Source: Macrostomum hystrix (lineage: Eukaryota; Animalia; Platyhelminthes). From it: DNA of 64,000 bases. Within the stretch, counting starts at the first letter, position 1. Each line of letters starts with the position of its first letter. The notes beneath the pieces are model-generated. The model had not been told where the DNA came from, searched no databases, and saw only the letters and a list, made by a program, of their open reading frames with translations. Position numbers and translations under genes: made by a program. The stretch lies in the NCBI GenBank assembly GCA_950097015.1, contig CATNEN010000025.1:1-64000 (forward strand), read 5' to 3'. This document shows, piece after piece, positions 49,459 to 62,692 of this stretch.

Positions 49459-51096
49459 CCAGAACCTCAGACAGCGGGGCTTGAGTACACAGGCTAATCC
49501 TCTGTGACTTGCTTTCACTGCTAATTTTCTGGGACTTCAACAGGCCGTTAATCTTCATTGTTTTGACCGTGGCTTCAGCCTCTGGAGGCTCTGGAAGTAC
49601 ATGGTTAGAGATCAGCAGATTCTATGAAGCATTGAATGTTCTGCGCTCGATTCGAAGCTTACTACGTACAAAAATGTGTCGCTGATTTCATTTTGTCGGC
49701 AAAGAATGTATTAAAAACTTCTCTAAAAAACATTTTCAACATGAATTCAAGAAACTATGCTGTGTTCATTCCGTCTGGAATTTTTTATTAGCTAAATCTT
49801 AATTTAGTGATTGTTATTTAGCAGATAAGCCTGCATGGTCACAATATGTAGTAATCAACTACGCACTAACTTTGCTGTCTAGCTAAGTAGTATTAAGCGA
49901 TTGTATTGACCGCTTTTTTCAAACCCACTAATTGATTTCAATTAAGAAAAGTCATGCTGTTCCCGTTTCCTGTAAAGCTTCATCTAGTCTGCTTTCGCCT
50001 GAATAGATTGAGATGAAGAATATTCGTATTGTCTTCTCAAGCCTATATCATCACCGTAGAGACAGTACATTATTGTATGAAAAACATTTAACATAGTTTA
50101 TTATGTTCAAATGCAATTTGACAAATCAGTTCTTATACACTTATTAGCACTCACTCGTGTGCGTAGTTATGAACCAGTTTGTGCAAGATTTTCGGACTTC
50201 TGTACGTGAAACTTATTAACTTAGATATTATAAACAAACCAATAAAAATATACGACCGTATATTCTCTGATACTTGTAAAACTAAAGTAGCTGTGTCTTA
50301 TAAAACACAATAATGAACTTATTTGTGTATTCTGACGCACAGTTTCAGACTTCTGTGATTAGCTCCGACGAGGCAACCTTTCTGTAGGAAGCAGGTGGGT
50401 CTCATGCGTCACAAGTTTTCAAAAGCGTTTTTCATTCAACACGCGCTTAATTTTTAGTCTGTCTGAATAATTTGTGAAGCAGATATGACCATCATAAATC
50501 TGGTGATGAGATCTTTGGCGGAAAATATTAGGATTTCCAGAAACTGTTGTGTTTACAAAAGACTTCTGAAAGCGGTTTGATGTCTGATGGTCCGACTGAC
50601 TGGCTTCCTGCCCTGCGGGGGTTGCAGGCCTGTTCGTGAATTGAGTGCATTTCTAGGGAATGAAGGCTCTCATTTTTGCCAAACAATTACACTTAACAGA
50701 AGAAAGACAACGGGGTATTTCAGATACTCGAGCTAAAAACGAGAACACGAGCTTAAAAACTTCAAAAATCACAAAACATCGGCATTGTCGAGATATTCAA
50801 CGATTCGCGTCGCGGTGTCCGGTGGCAAAAAACCTACAATATCTAGGCATAATTTTCCAGCTCACAAAATTTCGTTGAAGCAATATGGACTGAGTGTATG
50901 CAGACCAATGTCAGTTGTCCTTGTCACCAGGGCCTTCGACAAGAATCGTTGAATATGCTGACTCGGATGGCTTTGATTCAAAATTTGTTGATCGTAAAGG
51001 GCGGAAACATTTCTCCATATGGTGGACTTTCAATCGATTCGGGAGCTGGCGTGAAGTAGGCAGTGGGCATTTGAAATATGTCCAGTGGGTAAAATA

Positions 51097-52419
51097 CGAG
51101 GGCTATCCCAAAAGTAGGTTTCGGTCAACAAAAAAGGCGAACAGTTTGAAGGAAAGTCTTAAAACTTTAACAGTAGTGAAAACTAGCGTGGTCATAGTTA
51201 CTCGACAAATGTGTCGCCAAGGTCCACGCACTTTTGCCAGCGCCGTACCCACGCTTGAAAGGCAGCATCGCAGTCGCCGGTTGCCAGATGCCGCAAAGCT
51301 GATGAAGCATTGTTGTTAATCTGCTCCACAGAGGTGAAGCGTTGACCACGAAGACTCCTTCATTCTGGGAAATATATAGAAGTACGCTGGAGCCAAATCA
51401 GGTGAATAGCGTGGCTGTGCCAGGACCTCCCAGCTCCAGGACTCCAGGAGCTCCTCAAATCTGCTGGCTCGGTGCACCGGTGCGTTGTCGCGCCTGTCTC
51501 CAACAAACCAGGCCGCTTTTTCCTGATGGCTGGCCTCAATTTTTCTTGCAGTACCCATCAGTAATATTCTGCATTCACCTTGGTGCCGATTGACTCTGGC
51601 CAGTCCACCAGGACCCCATGGATGTCAAAGAAGACGATGTACATCACCTTCAAGGAGCTCTGCTTCAGTTGAACCTTCTCAGGACTCGCTGATCCCCTTG
51701 GAAGCCACTGTGCTGACTGGCGCTTGAGCTCAGGATCCCACTCGTAGACCCATGTCTCATCTCCTGTCACAATTCTGCTGAGAAAGTTGCTTCCCTCTCG
51801 ATAAAACCGTAGATGGTTTTCTTGCGCCTGGTTCACCCTCTCCTTCATTTGGTCCTCAGTCAGGAGATGAGGCACCCACTTTGCGAAGATCTTCTGCATG
51901 CCCAACTGCTCAGTAAGAATGCGATGCACTGTGCTGTGAGGGATGTCCAGGAGGTCCTCAATCTCATTGCAAGTCAACCTGCTGTCCACAATGACTGCAG
52001 CTTCGACACGCTCGGCATTTGCATCAGTAGTGGCTGTTCTTGGCCTTCCAGACCGCTCTTTGTCTTCCATCGACAGCCTGCCTCCTTGAACTTCATGGAC
52101 CCATTTCCGAACCGTTTGAATGGATGGAGCATGAGCATCTTCAGAAGTTGTCCAAGCTCTCCATGAATCTCTGATGTTGATCTGGCAGCCAAAACTGAAA
52201 ACGTGATTATGTTTCTGACGTCGTATCGTGTGAACGATGCCGAAAACGAAACTGTGTTTAACATGATGCCCTGTACAGATTGTGCGACTGCATTTGCTTT
52301 CAAACTTGTTGTGCCTTTTGCCATAGACATATAGATTAAGGAATGACGAACCACGTTTGCCAAAAATTTACCCAAGAAAATGTAAACTACAGCGAAACTT
52401 ATTTTTGGGATAGCCCTTT
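51097..52419 (-). mobile_element. Mariner element, ~1.3 kb, ~28-bp TIRs (TA-CGAGGG-type end), right end eroded
   Basis: The left end TA|CGAGGGCTATCCCAAAAGTAGGTTTCG (51095-51123) is the imperfect reverse complement of CGAAACTTATTTTTGGGATAGCCC (52393-52416). Confidence 0.88.
51198..52264 (-). pseudogene. Mariner transposase pseudogene, several frameshifts and a stop
   Basis: RSGRPRT, WVPHLL, RIVTGDETW, DNAPVH, YSPDLAP and WQKCVDLGDTFVE*. The third catalytic Asp is lost (APAYF). Confidence 0.9.
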
Positions 52420-53107
52420 TAGCGTGGTCTTTCTACTGTGAAAAGAGGAGACCAACAGTTTTAATTGCTTTAAGAGTGACTGACTCTGTGCTCATGAGAC
52501 ATTTATAGCTCAAGTACGATCGTACGAGTACGATGTACGGTGTTGACGATGCCAAAGAAGCTGACGATTGAATTGTGACTCCACTTGCAGGTTATTACTT
52601 TACCTTCGTGTGGTCGAAAAAATGGTTGCGAACAATCATGCTGTTTCTGATCTATACGCTCGCTATTTTTAGTTTTCGTAGGATTGCAGTTTAAACTAAC
52701 ACTACTACATCCAAGCTTCAATTATAAAATGTTAAAGTGCGCAAATTTTAGTTTTAAGTGCAAATTAAGTGCAAAATGAACAGTCTTGATTTTGCCAGTT
52801 CTATGTTGATATATTATAAGTAACTTATTTGAATACTAATTAAACAACCATGCGTAGGCGTTTATTCTATCAAAATCTTTACAACGCCACGTGATAATTT
52901 CTGTTGAAGCTGGCAGAGTTGTTACATCAGATTATTATCGAATTGTTTATAAAAATATGCACAGCGTCCCGTGTGGCTAAAGTGAATACTATATGAAATG
53001 GCTGCGCGGCTGCTGCAAATTTCGAGGCGCGCGTGTTTGGCTGCAAGAAAGTTTCGCAAGTTTCACTATTTGGCCCGCTCTAGCGTCCTTGGACTACAGG
53101 GTGTTGT

Positions 53108-56100
53108 ATGAAAATGAAGCACACGGTTGCAGTGGTGTGCATTTTTATTACTCTGATGGCTCTCATTTGGCCAGCGAATTGTTCGCTTTCGGTTCTGGAC
53201 ATTGCAAGCGGCAGTTCTATGGCTCCTAGTTCCGGCTCAACACTGTTCGACGAAAGTACTGATGATGAATCAAGGTATGCGACACAGACTTCTTTTTCAT
53301 TGGCTGCTCCAGCGAGGACAATAGTGGAAAAATCCTTGACTGATGCAGTCCCAACTGAAACGTTAAAAGTTAGTTCGCTGAAACATTCGGAAGTTATAGA
53401 GTCTCCGTTTGAGATCAGGAAAGCATCAACAAATGATGAAGACAATATAGTGAACTCCGTTGCCACAAGAAGCACTTCAACATCCACTGCAAAGCCATTT
53501 GTCGAAGAATCCATGTCCAACACCGAGAGGTCGAAAAGTACTAAGCCATCTGGTGATGAGTCCATGCTGACGACCCAAGGATCGCAAAATGCTAAGCCGT
53601 CTGGTGGAGAATCTAGGTCTAACACCGAGGGGTCGAAAAGTGCTAAGCCCTTTGGTGAAGAATCCATGTTGACGGCACAGGGATCACAAAGTACTAAGCC
53701 GTCTAGCGATGAATCCATGTTAATGACCCAGGGATCGCAAAGTACTAAGCCGTCTAGCGATGAATCCATGTTGATGACCCAGGGATCGCAAAGTACTAAG
53801 CCATCTGGTGAAGAATCCATGTTGTCGGCCCAGGGACCGCAAAATGCAAAGCCGTCTGGTGAAGAATCTAGGTCTAACACCGAGGGGTCGAAAAGTGCTA
53901 AGCCCTTTGGTGAAGAATCCATGTTGTCGGCACAGGGATCACAAAGTACTAAGCCGTCTAGCGATGAATCCATGTTGACGGCACAGGGATCACAAAGTAC
54001 TAAGCCGTCTAGCGATGAATCCATGTTAATGACCCAGGGATCGCAAAGTACTAAGCCGTCTAGCGATGAATCCATGTTGATGACCCAGGGATCGCAAAGT
54101 ACTAAGCCATCTGGTGAAGAATCCATGTTGTCGGCCCAGGGACCGCAAAATGCTAAGCCGTCTGGTGAAGAATCTAGGTCTAACACCGAGGGGTCGAAAA
54201 GTGCTAAGTCCTTTGATGAAGAATCCATGTTGACGGCACAGGGATCGCAAAGTACTAAGTCGTCTGTTGAAGAGTCGAAAACGACCACAGCTGACTCGCA
54301 AATATCTTTGACATCTACTGAAGCAAAACTTTTTGCTAAATCTGTAAAACCGGAAGAGTCAATTTCGACCACTGTAGTAGTACCAAACGGTACTCAAGCA
54401 TATTTTTTCGACTTGATGTCGGTTGACAAAGGCCCAGAAAGTACTGAAGCATCGTTTGAAGACCTAAAGTGGACCATTGATAGTCAACAAAGACCTGATG
54501 CATATGTGAAAGAGTCGAATTCGATGTCCGAAGACCTGCAAAGCACAATGAATACTATTTCAAAGGAGGCCGCAATGTCTACTCAAGCGGTTGCAAAAAA
54601 TATTTTTGCATCAACGGATGCAGTTGATTACACTGATTCGATCTCACAGGTTACACATCCTTCTAAGGAAGCAGCCGGGTCTACTCATGATGTCTATCAA
54701 AACACTGCAGTTTCTTATGTGCCAGCTGAGCCAACCACAGGGAACTCAAAAATAATATTAGGAGAAACAACTGAGTTTAATCCTGCGACTCATCTTGTTA
54801 CGGATTCTTTCGAGCAAAGCTCCCTTGAGGTCCCAGAGAAAACCTTCCGAGGAATTAAAGCTGATAGGAGCACAGAGTCAACTCTGGCACAGCCCATTTT
54901 CATAAATATTTCTGATGTTGCCGACAGTTTTCGGACCCTAGCTACTCATGTTCCTGTTTCTGTCGAAGATGAACCATCATCAGTTTCAAGTGTTAAGTTT
55001 GCCGAAAAGCGCTCTAAGAACTCAACAGGAATGAGCCGGAAATCCCGTGTCGAAAAGCGGCAACCGTTTGGCCAAGATTTGAATGAAGTTCGTGAATATA
55101 CGATGCAGCAAAACTCAACTACGCCCATAAAAACTAGTTCTTCTGTCTGGACACAAACGAAGCAACACATAAATTCCTCACAGAGCTTGACAGTCACTCA
55201 GGTCCTCTTGACTAGCTCGACAGTTACTCCATCACAGACTAGTTCGACTGTTGCTCCATCACAATCCAGCTCGACTGTTGCTCCATCACAATCCAGCTCG
55301 ACTGTTGCTCCATCACAATCCAGCTCGACTGTTACTCTATCACAGACTAGCTCGACTGTTACTCCATCACAATCCAGCTCGACTGTTGCTCCATCACAAT
55401 CCAGCTCGACTGTTGCTCCATCACAATCCAGCTCGACTGTTGCTCCATCACAATCCAGCTCGACTGTTGCTCCATCACAATCCAGCTCGACTGTTACTCT
55501 ATCACAGACTAGCTCGACTGTTACTCCATCACAATCCAGCTCGACTGTTGCTCCATCACAATCCAGCTCGACTGTTGCTCCATCACAATCCAGCTCGACT
55601 GTTACTCCATCACAATCCAGCTCGACTGTTGCTCACTCAACATCAGAGATATTTCCTGATATTCCTGATCATAGCAGCGTAGAAGGAGGCCAGGCTTTTG
55701 CCCCCTCAACTCCAAAACCAGTGCTGGTAAGTACTGATTTTCTCCGAAAGATATTTAAAGTTGAAGTTTTTTATCGGTAAGAAGAATTCGATGCGGTCGG
55801 TTAAAAACGCTTTCAGAAAGTGAATCTTACTACTTCACTAGTCGGCTGGCTGTCTGGCGCCTCTGCTCTGGTGCTGCTCATTGGCTTCAGCCTGTGGGCC
55901 TGGCATTCGTGGCACTATCAAGCCTACACATCGCCACTACGTCGGCTGCTCCGGCGAACTCCACTTGACCAGCTGCCGCGCTACTCCAGCTGCAACGCCA
56001 TCGACCCCATGCGGCTGGACCAGCCGAACAGCCGGCGACCCAGCGGACCCGGCTACCAGCTGCCCCTAGCGGACAATGCCGAAGATATTAAAGTTGATGC

Positions 56101-56149
56101 AGCACTGGACGAGTGGGATAGACGGCAAGCTGGCCCTGCGGTTGGATGA
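53108..56149 (+). CDS. Type I membrane mucin-like (Ser/Thr-rich) protein, 983 aa; join(53108-55726, 55817-56149)
   Basis: N-terminal signal-like MKMKHTVAVVCIFITLMALIWPANCS; 873-codon open exon with 17-aa (x~15) and 9-aa (x~16) S/T-rich repeats. Donor CTG|GTAAGT at 55727 and acceptor tttcAG at 55815-55816 are phase 0. Exon 2 encodes a TM segment (LVGWLSGASALVLLIGFSLWAW) and a ~85-aa tail. Confidence 0.85.
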
Positions 56150-57974
56150 CATCGTTGACTTGACTATCTGGCGCAGCATGTTGACTCTACTGCTGCTCTG
56201 ATGGTTGAGGCCATGTCACAGCAGTTTTTACATGCAGAACTAAATGAAAATTAACTAGAAATTAAAAAGGTAATTTCTGGTATTGGGTTGCATCAAATAT
56301 TTCTTTTTCAAAGCTTCAGTTATGAGTATATATAGCAGAAACTGTATCGCACTATAATTGTAAATAAGCCCCCATAGCACAAACATTTATTTCTCTAGGA
56401 GTGAAAAAGTTGTAATCTATTGCATGTTCTTGAGGTAATGCCAATCAAACTAAGGTTTATTATTTTCTACAATCTGCAACATACGTTTTTGAAAAGAAAA
56501 AACTAATTAACACTCTCGTCATTACCTTTCATATCGCTTATTTTTTCTGCATTGTGAAGCTTCAACTCGCCAAAATAAAAAAGAAGTGAAACCCCACTTT
56601 CTGTTAGCGGCTACTTGCAGTAGCAATAAATCGGCAAAGCATGATGTTTTCAAACGTATTTCCAAGGTTGTACTAAAGTATAGCTGTTTTTCCAAACATT
56701 ACATTGTCAATTAGCTCTAATTTTTATAAAAGAAACTCAAGTGAAACAAGTATAAAAAATCTTAAGAAAGGAACACAAAAACGACAAAGAGTGCGAAACG
56801 CAAGCGAAAAGAGAGGCAGCGTCAGATAGCGCGCTCCTTGTCCATGACGGTCTCGACCAACGCCTGCCACAACCGAGCTCTCTGACGTCGGGCAGCGCTT
56901 TGGACGACGCGAATCAACCAGTGCGAGGCCAAGACGAGTGCTCTGTACCGCCTGATGTCGTCTGACAAGTTTGAGTTAGCAACCGAAGTCAAAGTGCATG
57001 TAAACTGCTGAAAATGAGCGAGCTTTGTCGTCTGCCAGTGGCCTGTTGAAAACTTGGTAACAAATTGCCGCCACCTAGCCTATCAATCTGGCACCTTCAA
57101 CGGATAAAGACGGGCGGGTGAGGTCTTCCTTGTAACTAAGCACGCTTGTGGCGGTGACTGGCAGCAGAAAACTGTCGACCAATTTTTACGCAATAGTTTA
57201 AATAACTAATCTGTTTTATGTGGCATCCTTTGAATTCGAATCGGAATGCTGTCGCATGAACAGTGGAAATGGCAAAGTTTGTTTTATGGAAATAAAAGTA
57301 CAAAAATGTTAAAGATAAGCGTTGCGTACATGCAAGGAATGCATGCCAGACCTGGTGCAGCGCAAAAGTTTGCAAGTGTCAATTCGGATTGCCCGTAACA
57401 TTTTCAGTCGAGAAATAATGTCGGCGCCGAATGGCAGCGCAGACAGGATAAGTCTGAGACGCTCTGGATGGATGGACGGGGAGGCAGCTGGAGGGGATTG
57501 CTTTCAGTCAAGCACTGATGGCAAACATGCCCCCGATTGGCACGCTGTGCAAACATTCTGGGAACACGCCTGCGCAGCTTTTTTTCCAATTCTTTGAGGC
57601 CGCAGCAGACTTGAGAGTCAACTCTAGTATGCAGTTGGAAATTTTGTGCCTTGAACCAAAGCTTTTTTAAATCGGTTGAAGCATATTTTTGCCAGTTCGT
57701 TATTGCCCATGCAGAAACTAGTGATTTATTGTAATTCTTAGGAAACAACAAGCTTATCAGATAACCAAGGAGAATTTGAATTCATACATGGCCTTTGATT
57801 AAAATCTTACAGCAGATTTCTAGAAACTCTTTCGAGTGAATCTTCTGCTTGACTTACTACGGTATCAGACTATCAGAAAATACATGAGTTGCCATTGCTA
57901 TCGGGAATGCTTAAGAAAACGCTGGCCTATTTCAAGCTGAAAATACAGAACAAATCGTTTCTGCCATGAAACTG

Positions 57975-60900
57975 GTCTGAATGACAGAAACTACAGATGC
58001 AGACCGGTTCACATGCCACTCCGTAACTGCAGTCTGAATGACAGAAACTACAGATGCAGACCAGGTCACATGTCACTCCGTAACTGCAGTCTGAATGACA
58101 GAAACTACAGATGCAGACCAGGTCACATGCCACTCCGTAACTGCAGTCTGAATGACAGTAACTAGAGATGCAGACCGGGTCACATGCCACTCCGTAACTG
58201 CAGTCTGAATGACAGAAACTACTGATGCAGACCAGGTCACATGCCACTCCGTAATTGCAGTCTGAATGACAGAAACTACAGATGCAGACCAGGTCACACG
58301 CCACTCCGTAACTGCAGTCTGAATGACAGAAACTACAGATGCAGACCAGGTCACATGCCACTCCGTAACTGCAGTCTGAATGACAGTAACTAGAGATGCA
58401 GACCAGGTCACATGCCACTCCGTAACTGCAGTCTGAATGACAGAAACTACAGATGCAGACCAGGTCACATGCCACTCCGTAACTGCAGTCTGAATGACAG
58501 TAACTAGAGATGCAGACCAGGTCACATGCCACTCCGTAACTGCAGTCTGAATGACAGAAACTACAGATGCAGACCGGGTCACATGCCACTCCGTAACTGC
58601 AGTCTGAATGACAGAAACTACTGATGCAGACCAGGTCACATGCCACTCCGTAACTGCAGTCTGAATGACAGAAACTACAGATGCAGACCAGGTCACATGC
58701 CACTCCGTAACTGCAGTCTGAATCACAGAAACTACAGATGCAGACCAGGTCACATGCCACTCCGTAACTGCAGTCTGAATGACAGAAACTACAGATGCAG
58801 ACCAGGTCACATGCCACTCCGTAACTGCAGTCTGAATGACAGTAACTAGAGATGCAGACCAGGTCACATGCCACTCCGTAACTGCAGTCTGAATGACAGT
58901 AACTAGAGATGCAGACCAGGTCACATGCCACTCCGTAACTGCAGTCTGAATCACAGAAACTACAGATGCAGACCAGGTCACATGCCACTCTGTAACTGCA
59001 GTCTGAATGACAGTAACTAGAGATGCAGACCAGGTCACATGCCACTCCGTAACTGCAGTCTGAATCACAGAAACTACAGATGCAGACCAGGTCACATGCC
59101 ACTCCGTAACTGCAGTCTGAATGACAGAAACTACAGATGCAGACCAGGTCACATGCCACTCCGTAACTGCAGTCTGAATCACAGAAACTACAGATGCAGA
59201 CCAGGTCACATGCCACTCCGTAACTGCAGTCTGAATGACAGAAACTACAGATGCAGACCGGATCACATGCCACTCCGTAACTGCAGTCTGAATGACAGAA
59301 ACTACTGATGCAGACCAGGTCACATGCCACTCCGTAACTGCAGTCTGAATGACAGTAACTAGAGATGCAGACCAGGTCACATGCCACTCCGTAACTGCAG
59401 TCTGAATGACAGAAACTACTGATGCAGACCAGGTCACATGCCACTCCGTAACTGCAGTCTGAATGACAGAAACTACTGATGCAGACCAGGTCACATGCCA
59501 CTCCGTAACTGCAGTCTGAATGACAGAAACTACAGATGCAGACCAGGTCACATGCCACTCTGTAACTGCAGTCTGAATGACAGAAACTACTGATGCAGAC
59601 CAGGTCACATGCCACTCCGTAACTGCAGTCTGAATGACAGAAACTACAGATGCAGACCAGGTCACATGCCACTCCGTAACTGCAGTCTGAATCACAGAAA
59701 CTACAGATGCAGACCAGGTCACATGCCACTCCGTAACTGCAGTCTGAATGACAGAAACTACAGATGCAGACCGGGTCACATGCCACTCCGTAACTGCAGT
59801 CTGAATGACAGAAACTACTGATGCAGACCAGGTCACACGCCACTCCGTAACTGCAGTCTGAATGACAGAAACTACAGATGCAGACCGGGTCACATGCCAC
59901 TCCGTAACTGCAGTCTGAATGACAGTAACTAGAGATGCAGACCAGGTCACATGCCACTCTGTAACTGCAGTCTGAATGACAGTAACTAGAGATGCAGACC
60001 AGGTCACATGCCACTCCGTAACTGCAGTCTGAATCACAGAAACTACAGATGCAGACCAGGTCACATGCCACTCCGTAACTGCAGTCTGAATGACAGAAAC
60101 TACAGATGCAGACCAGGTCACATGCCACTCCGTAACTGCAGTCTGAATGACAGAAACTACTGATGCAGACCAGGTCACATGCCACTCCGTAACTGCAGTC
60201 TGAATGACAGAAACTACTGATGCAGACCAGGTCACATGCCACTCCGTAACTGCAGTCTGAATCACAGAAACTACAGATGCAGACCAGGTCACATGCCACT
60301 CCGTAACTGCAGTCTGAATGACAGAAACTACAGATGCAGACCAGGTCACATGCCACTCCGTAACTGCAGTCTGAATGACAGTAACTAGAGATGCAGACCA
60401 GGTCACATGCCACTCTGTAACTGCAGTCTGAATGACAGTAACTAGAGATGCAGACCAGGTCACATGCCACTCCGTAACTGCAGTCTGAATGACAGAAACT
60501 ACTGATTCAGATAAGGTCACACGCCACTCCGTAACTGCAGTCTGAATGACAGTAACTAGAGATGCAGACCAGGTCACATGCCACTCCGTAACTGTAGTCT
60601 GAATGACAGAAACTACAGATGCAGACCAGGTCACATGCCACTCCGTAACTGCAGTCTGAATGACAGAAACTACAGATGCAGACCAGGTCACATGTCACTC
60701 CGTAACTGCAGTCTGAATGACAGAAACTACTGATGCAGACCGGGTCACATGCCACTCCGTAACTGCAGTCTGAATGACAGTAACTAGAGATGCAGACCGG
60801 GTCACATGCCACTCCGTAACTGCAGTCTGAATGACAGTAACTAGAGATGCAGACCGGGTCACATGCCACTCCGTAACTGCAGTCTGAATGACAGAAACTA

Positions 60901-61155
60901 CTGATGCAGACCAGGTCACATGCCACTCCGTAACTGCAGTCTGAATGACAGAAACTACTGATGCAGACCAGGTCACATGCCACTCCGTAACTGCAGTCTG
61001 AATGACAGTAACTACAGATGCAGACCAGGTCACACGCCACTCCGTAACTGCAGTCTGAATGACAGAAACTACAGATGCAGACCAGGTCACATGCCACTCC
61101 GTAACTGCAATCTGAATGACAGTAACTACTGATTCAGATAAGGTCACACGCCACT
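57975..61155. repeat. 57-bp satellite (GTCACATGCCACTCCGTAACTGCAGTCTGAATGACAGAAACTACAGATGCAGACCAG), ~56 copies
   Basis: 57-nt period. Two minus-strand frames are open for >800 codons because the unit is a multiple of 3. Confidence 0.97.
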
Positions 61156-62489
61156 TCGAAACCAGTTAAAAAATATCGACTGCAATTTTTTTGCGCAACC
61201 TTAGAAGTTAGAGTTTGAATTTCGCTAATTTATAACGTCGTTTTCGAGATAATCCTACGAATTGTCCCTTTGTAAGCCACTTTTCTGAAATATCTATATT
61301 TATCCGAAGTGCAGTACAAAGTCCGACTAATTTGCAATGCAGATGTCTGGTCCGATAGTAACAATAGCTAGCAATGAAACATAGGGAGTCGCTAAGCATG
61401 AGAATGCTTCTATCACTGACTGGAAATTCAATTTTCAAAGCGCATAGCGGCAAGCTACTCTCCTTATATGAGCCAGATATTATATGTTTCTTCTGTTTCA
61501 TTTGTTCTCTGCAATAGAGTCTTCCAACCAAAAAATTCGCTATGCTAAACCTTTCGATTGAAAACTCCTTGGGGATTTTGAAATTAATCAGTATGGTTGG
61601 TCGCTCTTATTGATTGGCTAGGTCAAATTAATCTGAGCCAGTGCATGGACGCCCTAATTATCTTTAGTGCAATTAGCAAAAACTGGCTAGATAGCATGAA
61701 CTTTAATATGATGTCTGGCCAGTAACTAGGTTAAGATTCTAAAGAGTTTGCAGTCATTTAATATTATTTCAAGCAATATGGCAAGTTGTTCCTTCCAGTG
61801 GCCTTTGATTAGGAAATCACAGACTGAAACTTTGTGGACCACAGCAAGGTCGGATAAGCATGTTAAAATCTTAAGCATAAGCTTCCCAAATGCTGTTAAA
61901 ATTAATTACTTGTAATTAATTGAGTTATATTTTTATTTACGAGACGTTTTTATTCAGCCTTAATTTGAAAAATATTTGAAAAAAATTAATTGCGATGAAA
62001 ATGCTTTTTAATTTCGATTTTCGAGCATCTAATGACTTCAATGGTGTGTCGAAATCCACAAATGCTACATCAGAACGACGGCCACTAGCACTACCAACTT
62101 AAAATTGAACGAGGGTCAAAAGTTCGTTTTAAATTTAGGGAAACAAATATATTTTTGTTGCACTATTTTAGCGATCTGAGAATCGCTTCCAAAAACTTGC
62201 TTATGTAGGTCGCCTTCCTGTTTTCTGATGCAAATTGAGACTATCCCTGGAGCTGGCATGTTTCTTTCCGAGTTGCTCATAGCACAATTTCTTTCAGCAG
62301 ACCTGGGATTAGAGTCAAGGATGTCACACAGAGAGAAAATAATTACAGTCATCAGCAGTTCGAGGGCGGCAAGGGGCAGAAGCCAGTCAACAGAAGATAA
62401 ATTTGGCTGGTCCCGGGTGGGCTCGGCAAGAATGAGAAATATTTGGACATTTTTACAAGTACTATATATTTACCACTCGAATTTGCTGA

Positions 62490-62692
62490 ACTGAATGAAC
62501 TGAATGAACTGAATGAAGTGAAGTGAAGTGAAGTGAAGTGAAGTGAAGTGAAGTGAAGTGAAGTGAAGTGAAGTGTGTTAAAGTGAAGTGAAGTGAGTTA
62601 AAGTGAACTGAAGTGAGTTAAAGTGAACTGAAGTGAGTTAAAGTGAACTGAAGTGAGTTAAAGTGAACTGAAGCGAACTGAAGTGAACTGAG
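62490..62692. repeat. Compound (GAACT)/(GAAGT) pentanucleotide microsatellite
   Basis: Direct inspection. Confidence 0.92.

Noticed and set aside
52946-52953. TATAAAA as promoter of the mucin gene
   Set aside because: A single AT-rich motif ~160 nt upstream of the ATG, with no TSS evidence.
53080-54372. 430-aa antisense ORF (DSSPDGLVLCDPW repeats)
   Set aside because: Shadow of the 51-bp coding repeat of the mucin. The + strand has the signal peptide, splice sites and TM segment.
56760-57010. GC-rich, protein-looking stretch (KRKRKERQRQIARSLSM...*RRAALWTTRINQCEAK...VNC*)
   Set aside because: Internal stop, no convincing splice sites or start, and no family recognised.
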